This document shows positions 22,107 to 31,769 of a stretch of 56,676 nt of DNA, in pieces (the first letter of the stretch is position 1; every line of letters starts with the position of its first letter). A model generated the notes under the pieces. The model had not been told where the DNA came from. It did not search any database and worked only from the letters and a program-made list of their open reading frames with translations. The stretch is taken from the NCBI GenBank assembly GCA_038751365.1, contig JBCDGH010000003.1, forward strand, positions 1 to 56,676, read 5' to 3'. The position numbers and the translations under genes are program-made. Source of the DNA: Patescibacteria group bacterium. GTDB taxonomy: Bacteria > Patescibacteriota > JACMRA01.

Positions 22107-23522
22107 ATGAGCAATTTGTTTCAGAATAAAAAGATGTTAATTATAGTACTAGTAGTAGTATCTCTGCTTCTTGGTCTGATATTTTTACTATTACAACCTA
22201 GACAACCTCAACAAGTTGTTACAAGCGATGAACCAGTAACTCTCACTTGGTGGAAGCTGTTTTATGGTAACAGCGTATACTCAGATATTATCAATGATTT
22301 TAAAAAAACCCCTGGCAATAGCAATGTTACAATTAATGTTGTGACTAGAGATTATACCAACCCTAGCTCTTACTATCAAGGTTTAATTTCTGACATTGCT
22401 GCTGGGGCTGGACCTGATATATTTACAATCCGCAATGACGACTTACCCGCATACCAAAAATTCATGACCCCAATAGATAATTTTGAAGGTGCCAAACTAG
22501 CCAATTATAAAGATGATTTTGTTTCTTTAGCTGTCAGAGATACAATGGTAAAAGATAAAGTATATGCTGTAACTAGTTATGTGGACAATTTACAATTATA
22601 CTACAACACAGATATACTATCACAAGCAGAACTAGCTTTACCAGCAACTACTTGGCGGGAATTAGATAATCAGCTACCCTTACTTAATAAACGCGACATT
22701 ACCGGTACTGATTTTCGACAAAGCGCTATATCCTTTGGTACTGGTTTTGATGTTAGAGAGAGCGGCGGAAATATTAACAGATTTCAAGATATTATACCAG
22801 CTTTGATGTTTCAAAATGGTGCTCAACTATATGATTATCAGAAAAATACTAGTATTTTTGGTAAGGTAGACGGAGTCGATAAAAACAACCCTAGTTATGA
22901 TGCTTTGAGGTTTTTTCATGACTTTGCCGACCCCTCCACTAGTAGATATAGTTGGAATAGCGGACAAAGTAATAATATTGATGAGTTTGCCGAAGGAAGG
23001 TTAGCTTACATAGTCCATTATAGCTACTTGAAAGATGTTCTAGCTCAAAAAAATTCTCGTCTAGATTATAAGATAGCACCTATACCTCAAGTTGATCTTG
23101 CTCGAAAAAAGACTTACGGATTCTTTTTCATGGATGGTCTGAATAGGAAATTAAGAAATGATGTAAACAACTTTCCAGCTGATAGCTCAAAATTGAGAAA
23201 ACTACAAGCTGCTTCAGACTTTTTAGAATTTCTTTCACAGAGAAGCGCTCAAAGTGCTTTTGCGTCAGCTACTAGACTACCTTCTGCTCATAAAGAAGTT
23301 ATTGATGATCAACTATCCAGAGATGATAACATTAGAGTCTTTGCCGCTGGAAGTTTATACGCTGACAATTATTACAAACCAGATGTAAACAGGATGGAAA
23401 AGCTATGGGGTCAGATTTTGTACAGAACAATTTACGAAAATCAGCCTTTATCAGATAGCCTGCAACAGGGAATCTCTGAGTATGAGAGAATGCTTAGTTT
23501 AGAACCTCAGCTTAGGGGTTAA
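22107..23522 (+). CDS. extracellular solute-binding protein (family 1, sugar-binding type), TM anchored
   Basis: VTLTWW, AAGAGPDIF, LYYNTDIL, PATTWREL, FAEGRLA, IAPIPQ. Confidence 0.9.
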   Translation: MSNLFQNKKMLIIVLVVVSLLLGLIFLLLQPRQPQQVVTSDEPVTLTWWKLFYGNSVYSDIINDFKKTPGNSNVTINVVTRDYTNPSSYYQGLISDIAAGAGPDIFTIRNDDLPAYQKFMTPIDNFEGAKLANYKDDFVSLAVRDTMVKDKVYAVTSYVDNLQLYYNTDILSQAELALPATTWRELDNQLPLLNKRDITGTDFRQSAISFGTGFDVRESGGNINRFQDIIPALMFQNGAQLYDYQKNTSIFGKVDGVDKNNPSYDALRFFHDFADPSTSRYSWNSGQSNNIDEFAEGRLAYIVHYSYLKDVLAQKNSRLDYKIAPIPQVDLARKKTYGFFFMDGLNRKLRNDVNNFPADSSKLRKLQAASDFLEFLSQRSAQSAFASATRLPSAHKEVIDDQLSRDDNIRVFAAGSLYADNYYKPDVNRMEKLWGQILYRTIYENQPLSDSLQQGISEYERMLSLEPQLRG

Positions 23523-23604
23523 TTGCGCAAGACTATGAGTGAAATATAGCACTTCGATGGTTAAGATTTAGACTACAACGAAAGTACCTAAAGCTCTTAT
23601 AAGG

Positions 23605-24429
23605 TTAAACAGAAGACAAAAATTCTCTATTTCTTTGAGTAAATTTTGTAATTGCCTTACTCTTTTTCCAAAGCATCTCGAACTGAGTTTTGAGTAGTTC
23701 CACAAACTCCTGGCTAACTATACTAAAACCAAAACTTTCCGACTTAGAAGAAATAAATACTACCTTATCTCCATATATCCAGTAGCCCATATTAAAATCA
23801 ACGTTTTTTGGGGCAATTCTAATCTCTCTCATAAACTCAGCACCTATTCCTAGATATGGGTACTTATCGACATCTACAGCTTGGTTTTTTGACCAAATAG
23901 CTCTTGTATATAAGCTGTTTTTAATTCTCATTTTATTTAAGTAGCTAAAAAATTCTGGGGACAGAATATCCAGCATATTGTGAATTGGCCATAAAGCCAG
24001 TGTTTCAAGTTCACGATAGAAAATCATATCTCTTAACGCTTCTCGAAGCTCTACTTCTCCCTGAAAAACTTCAAAAGAGGGTGTAAAATACTTTGTTTTA
24101 TTTTGTGCTAAAAGTTTTGGTAAAATATTTAAATAATCAAATTCTAGGCTGCTTAAGTTCTGCTGCCTTTCTTTGATTAGTAATTTAATTCTCTCAGGAG
24201 ATTCAGCACAAAAATATCTAACTGACCTACTATGACCACTAGAAATTTCATGAACTAGCCCATATTTTTTTAGCCTTTTCAAATAATTATAAGTTGTAGA
24301 ACGATTAATTTTCAATTCTGCAGAAATTTGAGACGCTCTAAGCTTGATTTTTTGACTTAGCTTTTGATAAATCTGTATCTCAAACAGGCTTAAGCCTAAC
24401 TCTGTTAGTATAGGATTTAAATCGCTCAT
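23605..24429 (-). CDS. TrmB family transcriptional regulator
   Basis: LGLSLFEIQIY, INRSTTYNYLKRLKKYGLV (wHTH), AESPE, IYGDKV. Confidence 0.9.
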   Translation of the reverse strand: MSDLNPILTELGLSLFEIQIYQKLSQKIKLRASQISAELKINRSTTYNYLKRLKKYGLVHEISSGHSRSVRYFCAESPERIKLLIKERQQNLSSLEFDYLNILPKLLAQNKTKYFTPSFEVFQGEVELREALRDMIFYRELETLALWPIHNMLDILSPEFFSYLNKMRIKNSLYTRAIWSKNQAVDVDKYPYLGIGAEFMREIRIAPKNVDFNMGYWIYGDKVVFISSKSESFGFSIVSQEFVELLKTQFEMLWKKSKAITKFTQRNREFLSSV

Positions 24430-24493
24430 ATAATTTGTTGTTACTCAATGATAACAGTATTGTTTAAAAATATCATTTCTTTTTTTCAAAGAT

Positions 24494-24520
24494 AGCAACT
24501 ACTGTATTAGTTTAGTTGCT
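24494..24520. promoter_or_regulatory. palindromic candidate operator in the divergent intergenic region
   Basis: AGCAACTA-N11-TAGTTGCT perfect 8-bp inverted repeat. Confidence 0.5.
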
Positions 24521-24543
24521 CATCTAGCTATAGGAAGAAACAG

Positions 24544-25158
24544 ATGAATCCAAACAATTTGCAAGACTATATAATTCTCAGAGGTGGCAGGCTAGCCATG
24601 TTTCGAGAAGCCTCGAAGAGTATTCCTCCTTTCGCTGAAATTGGAAGAATCGAAGAATGCCTTAACAGCTTTACCACCACATACCCGTGGGGTAATTTCC
24701 CGGATATACCAGAAGGATGGAATTATCAAGGAGTAGCTGGATTAAGTCATAAACTATGGTTTGTGACAAAAGATGGAAGAAGGTTCGGAGGAGCTGCCAA
24801 TGTAGCCCCGGGTGGCTTCTACAGGTTTAACCTATTGGTTGACCAAGGAGATACTAGCCTATCTTCTCTATCAGAAAATGAGGGATATGCAATTGTCACC
24901 GCAGTTGATGACTGCAGTTATTTTATCTACAGATTAGTAACAAGATTTATTGGTCAACACGCTGGGGTAGACGGTGGTAATGTGATTATATCGCCAATGA
25001 TAAATGGAGAAGTATTCTATCAATTCACTGGTCGTTGCTCAACTTGCCCAAACAAATATTTATCAGCAGATAATTTTGTTGATTATATGAAAGCAGGGAT
25101 TAAAAAAGAAAAACCTGACTTACAAGCAATTGATTTTACAGAGTTTAAATCACTATAG
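24544..25158 (+). CDS. protein with a C-terminal NifU/Nfu-like domain
   Basis: HAGVDGGNVIISPMINGEVFYQFTGRCSTCP matches Nfu DGG..v......v...l.GaC..CP. Confidence 0.7.
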   Translation: MNPNNLQDYIILRGGRLAMFREASKSIPPFAEIGRIEECLNSFTTTYPWGNFPDIPEGWNYQGVAGLSHKLWFVTKDGRRFGGAANVAPGGFYRFNLLVDQGDTSLSSLSENEGYAIVTAVDDCSYFIYRLVTRFIGQHAGVDGGNVIISPMINGEVFYQFTGRCSTCPNKYLSADNFVDYMKAGIKKEKPDLQAIDFTEFKSL

Positions 25159-25169
25159 CTTTTTGGTGT

Positions 25170-25204
25170 ACCAGATCTAATTTTTTTAGATCTGGTTTTC
25201 TTTT
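25170..25204 (+). terminator. intrinsic terminator
   Basis: ACCAGATCTAA-N5-TTAGATCTGGT followed by TTTCTTTT. Confidence 0.75.
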
Positions 25205-25372
25205 AAAGACTTAAATAGTTCATAAGTTTGCACCTCATAATTGATATAAAACACGTGTTTTAGTTACAAAATATTTACATTTTAGATCGGACAATCCAGA
25301 TTCAAATTTTGCTTGACAACTACCTTATTCTCAATTTTGCTACTTCTTGTAGTATTTTGCCTCACGTTAACT

Positions 25373-25388
25373 ACACTATATATAGTGG
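25373..25388. promoter_or_regulatory. NrdR box
   Basis: ACACTATATATAGTGG matches acaCwAtATaTwGtg, upstream of nrdR; weaker box TTGCTACTTCTTGTAG at 25338-25353. Confidence 0.8.
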
Positions 25389-25420
25389 CAATTACTAAAT
25401 CTACTTTAGTTTTTAGCTGT

Positions 25421-25870
25421 ATGATCTGCCCAAAATGTCACAATACTGACACTAGAGTCTACGACACAAGAGTGACCCAAAATGGCAGAGCAACTAGGAG
25501 GAGGAGAGAGTGCGAAAACTGTGGATATAGGTATACGACACTAGAAGAAATAAAACTTTTAGATCTATACGTAGAAAAAAAGAATGGGCGAGTCGAATTA
25601 TTATCTGAAGATAAGCTTGCATCAGGCATAAAAAAAGCCTTCAACAAACGCTACATCAATAACGACAAGGTTGCTATATTAGTACAAAAAGTAGTGGAGG
25701 ATATAATAGAAATAAATAGAAACCCAATAAAATCAACAAAAATAGGTAGAATTGTTTTGAAGAACCTACGCAAGTCTGATGAAGCTGCCTATATTTGCTA
25801 CTGGGCAATGTTTGGAAACTTTGAAAGTGCTGTAGAATTCAATAAATTGCTCAAAGAGTTTAATCGGTAA
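25421..25870 (+). CDS. nrdR: transcriptional repressor NrdR
   Basis: MICPKC, TRVYDTR, RRRRECENCGYRYTTLE, ATP cone; start moved to ATG 25421. Confidence 0.96.
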   Translation: MICPKCHNTDTRVYDTRVTQNGRATRRRRECENCGYRYTTLEEIKLLDLYVEKKNGRVELLSEDKLASGIKKAFNKRYINNDKVAILVQKVVEDIIEINRNPIKSTKIGRIVLKNLRKSDEAAYICYWAMFGNFESAVEFNKLLKEFNR

Positions 25871-25898
25871 AAAATTGTAAGTAATCAAAATATGCTAT

Positions 25899-26858
25899 AT
25901 GTCTAATGCTAACGCTTTGCTTCGGGAAAAATCCAATAAATACACAGTCTTTACTGATAACGCTAATTCAAAAGTCGTAAGTATGTGCGATATACAAGAA
26001 GCTAACATTTGGCTAGCTTCAGACATAAATTTGATGCACGACAGCAGTGATTGGCAAAAGCTAAGTACAGACGAGCAAGATTATCTTAAGCAAGTTTTAG
26101 CATTTTTTGCATCTTCAGATGGCATTGTAGGAGAGAATATAGCTATGAATTTTCTCCAAGAAGTAAAAATACCAGAAGTTAGATACTTTTATTACTTCCA
26201 ATGTATGATGGAAGCTGTCCATAGTAAGGTCTACTCACAACTAATTAACACTTTTATCCCTACAGCTGAGGAGAGAAACAAACTATTTGACTCTATAAAC
26301 TCTCATCCGATTATTAAGAAAAAGGCTGATTGGTGTTTCGATTGGATGCGAGAAGACCAACCTTTCAATCAAAGATTAATAGCATTTCTAGCAGTTGAGG
26401 GAATATTTTTCGCTGGCTCTTTTGCTTCAATATTTTGGATAAGAGATAGAGGATACCTAGCTAATAGTTTGGGAGTAGCTAATGAATATATATCTAGGGA
26501 TGAGACCTTACATGCTGAGTTTGCTTGCTTCTTATATAAAGAGTTTTTTAACGACTTAGACGAACAGATTATACAAAATATCATACTGTCGGCTTTAGAT
26601 ATAGAAAAAGACTTTGTTAACCACTCCTTGCCGAACAGACTTTTTGGAATGAACAGCGAGCTTTTACACCAATACTTAGAGTATGTGACAGATACTTGGC
26701 TATCCTCTTTAGGCTGTAAAAAAGTATTTAATGTGTCTCAGCCTTTTGGGTTTATGGAAACTATTGGTCAAAAACGTAAAGATAACTTTTTTGAAAAGAC
26801 ACGTACAAATTACGCTAGACACACTGAGACAAAAGTTCTAGATTTTAACCTCATATAA
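25899..26858 (+). CDS. nrdB: class Ia ribonucleotide reductase beta subunit
   Basis: FFASSDGIVGEN, MEAVHSKVY (metal ligands and radical Tyr), AVEGIFF, ISRDETLH. Confidence 0.95.
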   Translation: MSNANALLREKSNKYTVFTDNANSKVVSMCDIQEANIWLASDINLMHDSSDWQKLSTDEQDYLKQVLAFFASSDGIVGENIAMNFLQEVKIPEVRYFYYFQCMMEAVHSKVYSQLINTFIPTAEERNKLFDSINSHPIIKKKADWCFDWMREDQPFNQRLIAFLAVEGIFFAGSFASIFWIRDRGYLANSLGVANEYISRDETLHAEFACFLYKEFFNDLDEQIIQNIILSALDIEKDFVNHSLPNRLFGMNSELLHQYLEYVTDTWLSSLGCKKVFNVSQPFGFMETIGQKRKDNFFEKTRTNYARHTETKVLDFNLI

Positions 26859-26886
26859 AGTAAGTTTCAAAAGATATCTTCAGTTT

Positions 26887-29439
26887 ATGCAAGTAAAAAC
26901 AAACACAGGGTTTGAACCTGTAGATTTTAATAAAATAATTGAAAAAATTAAAAAATATAACTACAACCTCAGCCCACTGATCGATCCGCATGTAGTAGCC
27001 CAGAAAACCATACAAAGCATGGTGGACGGTATTACTACTACAGAGCTTGACCACATGTCTGCAAATATAGCAGCTAACTTTACAAATATCCATCCAGACT
27101 ACTCAATCTTAGGGGCAAGGATCTTGGTGAGTAGACTACATAAACAACTAAAAGTAGAAGAAGTAAGTTTTGCAAAAAATATAGCTAGAATGTATAGTCA
27201 TATCCACTTTGGTAAAAAATCCACTAGAATATCTAAGGAAGTTTTTGATTTCTGTAACAAATATGAATCTGAACTTGAATCAATTCTAGATTATGGCTTA
27301 GACTACAACAATTATGACTACCCGGCTATAATGTCTTATTACAAAAGCTCTTTGAGGAAGATTGACGGTGTAGTTGCCGAAACCCCTAACCAGATGTTTC
27401 TTAGAGTTGCGGTAGGTCTACATATACCCAAAATCAGAAGTGAAGCAGAGTTAGATAATTTTGAAGAGTACTCAGGATTTAGACCTAACAAGTATCGTCT
27501 AATGAACTTGACAGAGGAACAAAGACTAGAAGAGATTAAGACCTATTATTATCAACTAGCTCATAGAAAGGTTTCACCTCAAAGTCCAATTATTGTTCAT
27601 GCCGCTAGCGAGATGAATCAAATGCCTAGTTGCTATCTTCAGTATTGTGGAGATTCACTAACAGGAGATAATTATAGCTATGACGGCATAGTGAAAGGTA
27701 TTTTGGGATCATTAACCCAGTTAGCTGCTCAAGGGAAAAGTGGTGGTGCTACAGGAGTAAATATAAGCGATATCAGGTCAAAGGGTAGTTATATAAGTAA
27801 GACTGGCGGTGTATCAAACGGTATACTCCCATTCATGAAAATGTTTGACTCATCAATAGCAGCTATTAATCAAGGCGGACGTCGAGCTGGGGTATGCACT
27901 CTTTATATAGAGCCTTGGCATAAAGATATTTTAGATTTTTTAGATGCTGGAGACCACTTCACAATAGAAGAGAAAAGGTGTAAGAATATATTTTATGCTT
28001 TATACACTAATGATTTGTTCTTCAAGAGACTAATTACCGATCAGAATAAAGCTAAATGGACTTTGTTTGACCCTGCCGAAGTAGTATCCGAACTTGGCTT
28101 CTCTCTGTCAGATGTTTATGGTGATGAATTTGAGTCAGCCTACTTGAAGCTTGAAAACAGTGGTATCGGCGAAGAAATCAATCTAATGGAGATCTGGAAT
28201 AGAGTATGCAAGTTGATTCAAATCAGTGGCAATCCTTACATTGTTCATAAGGACTCTGTGAATGGTAAAAGCAACCAACAAAATATAGGTGTTATCAAAG
28301 GCTCTAACGTGTGCTGCGAAATCACTTTAGTATCTAATCAAAGTGAGACGGGGGTGTGTGTCTTAAGCTCTATTTCACTACCACGTTTTGTTGATAGTAA
28401 GGCTGGGACATTTAATTTTGAAGAATTAATTCAAAGCTCAAGAATAGCTACCAAGAGTTTAAATAACGTACTAGATATACAGCATTACCCAACACCAGAG
28501 ACTAGAAATTCTAGCCTAAACAGTAGAGCTATCGGAGTCGGTGCTCAAGGACTAGCTGATGTATATGCAATGTTAAAACTTGATTTTGACAGTCCGGAAG
28601 CCCAAAATTTGAATAAAAAAATATATGAGGCTATCTATTACGGCTGCCTCAAAGAGAGTATGGAATTAGCAAAGATTGAAGGTCCATACAATTATTATAA
28701 AGGGTCACCAATCTCCAAAGGTATTTTGCAATATGACATGTGGGGTTTTAGCGAAAACGATCTTAGATTAGATAAAAATAAATGGTTAGAACTTAAAAAA
28801 GACATTGTCAAGTATGGAGTCAGAAATAGTGAGGTAACAGCTCTAATGCCAACCGCTTCAAGTTCTATTAGAATGGGTAATAACGAAATGCACGAACCTT
28901 TCACTAGAAATATCTATGTACGTCAATACATCGGTGGGTCAGTGAGAGTAATAAATAAATATCTAGTCAACGACTTAATTAACTTAAGTTTATGGAATGA
29001 AGAATTGTGTAATAAAATTATCTTTAATGAAGGTAGTATTCAAGGAATATCTGAAATACCAAGCGATATTCGATCTAGATACCGTACTGCTTACGAAATA
29101 GACTTCAAGCAAGTCATAAATATGATGGCAGATAGAAGTCCGTTCATATCTCAAGCTTCGTCGTTTAATCATTTCGTAACTTACCAGGATAGTGGTCCTA
29201 CAGCTTTTACCCAAAGAATTATACATGCCTGGAAAAAAGGCTTAAAAACTCTAAGTTATTATATCCACACTGAAACAGCTAGCACTGCCAAGAAAGAATT
29301 GGGCGGTCTATCCATTACAGAAAAGCAGGGCTCAACGCTCAACACTAATCCAGAGTATGAAAAACTAATTGAAACCAAGATTGTAGAAGATAGTGCAGTT
29401 TGTAGGCTGGAAGAAGGCTGTGAAGTTTGCTCAAGCTGA
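26887..29439 (+). CDS. nrdA: class Ia ribonucleotide reductase alpha subunit with ATP cone
   Basis: QMPSCYL, NQGGRRAG, EPWHKD, SNVCCEI, MPTASSS, GLKTLSYY, C-terminal CEVCSS. Confidence 0.96.
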   Translation: MQVKTNTGFEPVDFNKIIEKIKKYNYNLSPLIDPHVVAQKTIQSMVDGITTTELDHMSANIAANFTNIHPDYSILGARILVSRLHKQLKVEEVSFAKNIARMYSHIHFGKKSTRISKEVFDFCNKYESELESILDYGLDYNNYDYPAIMSYYKSSLRKIDGVVAETPNQMFLRVAVGLHIPKIRSEAELDNFEEYSGFRPNKYRLMNLTEEQRLEEIKTYYYQLAHRKVSPQSPIIVHAASEMNQMPSCYLQYCGDSLTGDNYSYDGIVKGILGSLTQLAAQGKSGGATGVNISDIRSKGSYISKTGGVSNGILPFMKMFDSSIAAINQGGRRAGVCTLYIEPWHKDILDFLDAGDHFTIEEKRCKNIFYALYTNDLFFKRLITDQNKAKWTLFDPAEVVSELGFSLSDVYGDEFESAYLKLENSGIGEEINLMEIWNRVCKLIQISGNPYIVHKDSVNGKSNQQNIGVIKGSNVCCEITLVSNQSETGVCVLSSISLPRFVDSKAGTFNFEELIQSSRIATKSLNNVLDIQHYPTPETRNSSLNSRAIGVGAQGLADVYAMLKLDFDSPEAQNLNKKIYEAIYYGCLKESMELAKIEGPYNYYKGSPISKGILQYDMWGFSENDLRLDKNKWLELKKDIVKYGVRNSEVTALMPTASSSIRMGNNEMHEPFTRNIYVRQYIGGSVRVINKYLVNDLINLSLWNEELCNKIIFNEGSIQGISEIPSDIRSRYRTAYEIDFKQVINMMADRSPFISQASSFNHFVTYQDSGPTAFTQRIIHAWKKGLKTLSYYIHTETASTAKKELGGLSITEKQGSTLNTNPEYEKLIETKIVEDSAVCRLEEGCEVCSS

Positions 29440-29508
29440 GTGGCAAGTGAGACTTACTACAATAACTAAACTGAAATTGTAAGTAATAATCACTGACTAG
29501 GTAACTGT

Positions 29509-29538
29509 TTGACAAGAAGAGCTTCTTTTGTATATAAT
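29509..29538 (+). promoter_or_regulatory. sigma70 promoter for rpsI
   Basis: TTGACA-N18-TATAAT. Confidence 0.6.
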
Positions 29539-29555
29539 TATTGAAATTATCGACT

Positions 29556-29954
29556 ATGAGTACTCAGATAAAATACCATTATGGAGTTGGTAGAAGAAAA
29601 GCGTCTACTGCTAGAGCAAAGTATTTTCCCACAGAAGAGGATGTGACAGTGCTTGTTAACAAGAAAGAGTTGTCTAGGTATTTCCCATACTTTTATGAAC
29701 AAACGGTTTTGAATAGTCTGTCTAATATTGGTATAAGGACTGGGAAAATTGAACTATATATCAATGGAGGTGGAATAATGGGTCAATCTGAGGCGGCACG
29801 CTTAGCTATAGCTAAAGCAATTCTGAAGTTTGACGAAGGTTTTAGACCGATTTTAAGAACTTTTGGATACATAACCACAGATATTCGAAAGGTTTTACCT
29901 AAAAGACCAGGTTTGAGAAAAGCAAGAAAGAGAGAGCAGTGGAGTAAGCGTTAA
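29556..29954 (+). CDS. rpsI: 30S ribosomal protein S9
   Basis: GVGRRKASTAR, GGGIMGQ, GLRKARKREQWSKR. Confidence 0.97.
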   Translation: MSTQIKYHYGVGRRKASTARAKYFPTEEDVTVLVNKKELSRYFPYFYEQTVLNSLSNIGIRTGKIELYINGGGIMGQSEAARLAIAKAILKFDEGFRPILRTFGYITTDIRKVLPKRPGLRKARKREQWSKR

Positions 29955-29988
29955 TACTTTAATTCAAAAATTTAATCATATTTGACTT

Positions 29989-30267
29989 ATGGCTCATAAA
30001 AAACAAGGAGGTTCGGTAAAAAATAATAGAGACTCGGTATCAAAAAGATTAGGTGTGAAAATCTTTGGTAGTCAAAAAATCCGATCTGGCAATATAATTC
30101 TGAGACAGAGGGGTACAAAGTTTCATCCAGGTAAAAACGTTAAAAGGACAGCTGACGATACTTTAATTGCGATCTGCAATGGTATTGTAGAATTTAAAAA
30201 AAGAAAAGTCGTTGCGTTTAGTGGTAATCTTACTAAAAGAACTTTTGTCGAGGTTGTACCTGAATAG
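29989..30267 (+). CDS. rpmA: 50S ribosomal protein L27
   Basis: [29 protein letters not shown]. Confidence 0.97.
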   Translation: MAHKKQGGSVKNNRDSVSKRLGVKIFGSQKIRSGNIILRQRGTKFHPGKNVKRTADDTLIAICNGIVEFKKRKVVAFSGNLTKRTFVEVVPE

Positions 30268-30270
30268 TTT

Positions 30271-31041
30271 ATGAGCACTGGGAATAGGGATAACAGTCAA
30301 AAGTTAGAAAAGAAGAGTGTAGAAACATTCACACATGGGGAGTCCAGTGGTTTATTAAGTAATAAGAAGTATGAGTACGTTGGTTTATTTACCAGACTCG
30401 GTGCTAGATTCGTAGACTTGATAATATACTTAGCTGTCTCTACATTACTACTAAATTTTGTAGTTGCTCCAATTGCGCAGAATCAGTTGAGCATCTCAAA
30501 TTCTGATATTTCTAAGTTCAATAATCTACTAGAAAATAGAATTACAGAATTAGTCGAAAATGATACAAGCTTCCAAGGACTTACAGAATCTTTTCAACAA
30601 ACAGTTAACCCTGATTGCGAGTTACTATTCGGTGGAAATGATGAAGATCTTCAACTATGTAATTCAACTACCAACTACGATAGAATCGATGTAATAAGTA
30701 CATCAGTAATAGGATTATTATTTAGTATAGTATATTTTGTCTTATTATCTATTTCAATGTGGCAAGCTACTTTAGGAAAAAAGTTGTTCAAGATTAAAAT
30801 TGTTGATCAAAATTACAATAAAATTAGTGTTTTACAAGCTTTTGCTAGGGAGTCTTTTTACATAGCTCAGGGAGTAATAGCTGTTTTAGCTTCATTTTAC
30901 ACTCCTGTAACAGCTGCATATACTATAATAACTTTATTTATAGTTGTTGATGGTATCCAAATATTTTTTTCAACCAAGCGCCAAGCTATTCACGACAAGC
31001 TGGCAGATACATATGTAGTAAAACTAAACGAAGAATTATAA
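30271..31041 (+). CDS. RDD family membrane protein
   Basis: RLGARFVDL, QATLGKKLFKIKIV, QAIHDKLADTYVV. Confidence 0.9.
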   Translation: MSTGNRDNSQKLEKKSVETFTHGESSGLLSNKKYEYVGLFTRLGARFVDLIIYLAVSTLLLNFVVAPIAQNQLSISNSDISKFNNLLENRITELVENDTSFQGLTESFQQTVNPDCELLFGGNDEDLQLCNSTTNYDRIDVISTSVIGLLFSIVYFVLLSISMWQATLGKKLFKIKIVDQNYNKISVLQAFARESFYIAQGVIAVLASFYTPVTAAYTIITLFIVVDGIQIFFSTKRQAIHDKLADTYVVKLNEEL

Positions 31042-31057
31042 ATATTAAATTAAATTT

Positions 31058-31246
31058 ATGGCTGTACCAAAAAGAAGAATCACCAAAAGGAGGCAAGGAG
31101 AAAGACGCAATACAGGTCACGGAAAAACTAAAGTTATGTCCCTCTCAAGCTGCTCAAATTGTGGATATAAAGCTGTCAAGATACACAGAGCCTGTGCCAG
31201 ATGTGGATTCTACAAAGGCAAAAGAGCTCTTGCAAAATTAATTTAA
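31058..31246 (+). CDS. rpmF: 50S ribosomal protein L32
   Basis: MAVPKRR, CSNCG, HRACARCGFYKG. Confidence 0.96.
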   Translation: MAVPKRRITKRRQGERRNTGHGKTKVMSLSSCSNCGYKAVKIHRACARCGFYKGKRALAKLI

Positions 31247-31258
31247 ACCAATAAAACT

Positions 31259-31711
31259 GTGTGGGATAAATTAGTCAGATTATCTGTTTTTACTGCTATC
31301 TATGATAAGTTGTTCTGGGAGGACTATGACGCCCTAGAAACTAGAGCAGTAGATTGGTCCTTTATCTTTGAAAACTTACCCCCCGAATCAAATCTAGATG
31401 CATCAAACTTAAACTCATATATAGAGTATTTTGATAAGAAAAAAGAGGAGTATCAAGAGGTATTATCGAAATATTTAAAAAACTGGGATAGAACTTTCCT
31501 AATTATCAAAGCTTGCCTTTATACTTACCTAATTGAAAGAGATTTAGTTCTCGATAGTGAGGCAAATAAACAAGAATTTTTAAAAGCTTTAGTAACTAGG
31601 TATATACGATTGAGTGAAAACTATGTAGGTGGTCAAAATGTCGGTCTAGTACACGCTGTGATGAGTAAAATTAATAACGATTCAGAAGTAAAAAAACAGT
31701 TAAAAAATTAG
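31259..31711 (+). CDS. nusB: divergent NusB-like antitermination factor
   Basis: KYLKNWDR..IIKACL, YIRLSENYVGGQNVGLVHAVMSKI resembles the NusB C-terminus; follows rpmF as in other CPR. Confidence 0.6.
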   Translation: MWDKLVRLSVFTAIYDKLFWEDYDALETRAVDWSFIFENLPPESNLDASNLNSYIEYFDKKKEEYQEVLSKYLKNWDRTFLIIKACLYTYLIERDLVLDSEANKQEFLKALVTRYIRLSENYVGGQNVGLVHAVMSKINNDSEVKKQLKN

Positions 31712-31749
31712 TTTACTCTAGGTCTACTCAGCCTTGCCAAATCTATAAG

Positions 31750-31769
31750 TTATCCACAGTTTATCCCAA
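31750..31769. promoter_or_regulatory. tandem DnaA boxes
   Basis: TTATCCACA (31750-58) and TTATCCCAA (31761-69) in an AT-rich intergenic region. Confidence 0.5.

Noticed and set aside
25313-25420. Hydrophobic N-terminal extension on NrdR (membrane-anchored NrdR)
   Set aside because: It begins at the TTG of a TTGACA promoter box and runs through the NrdR box; the canonical MxCPxC start is at 25421.
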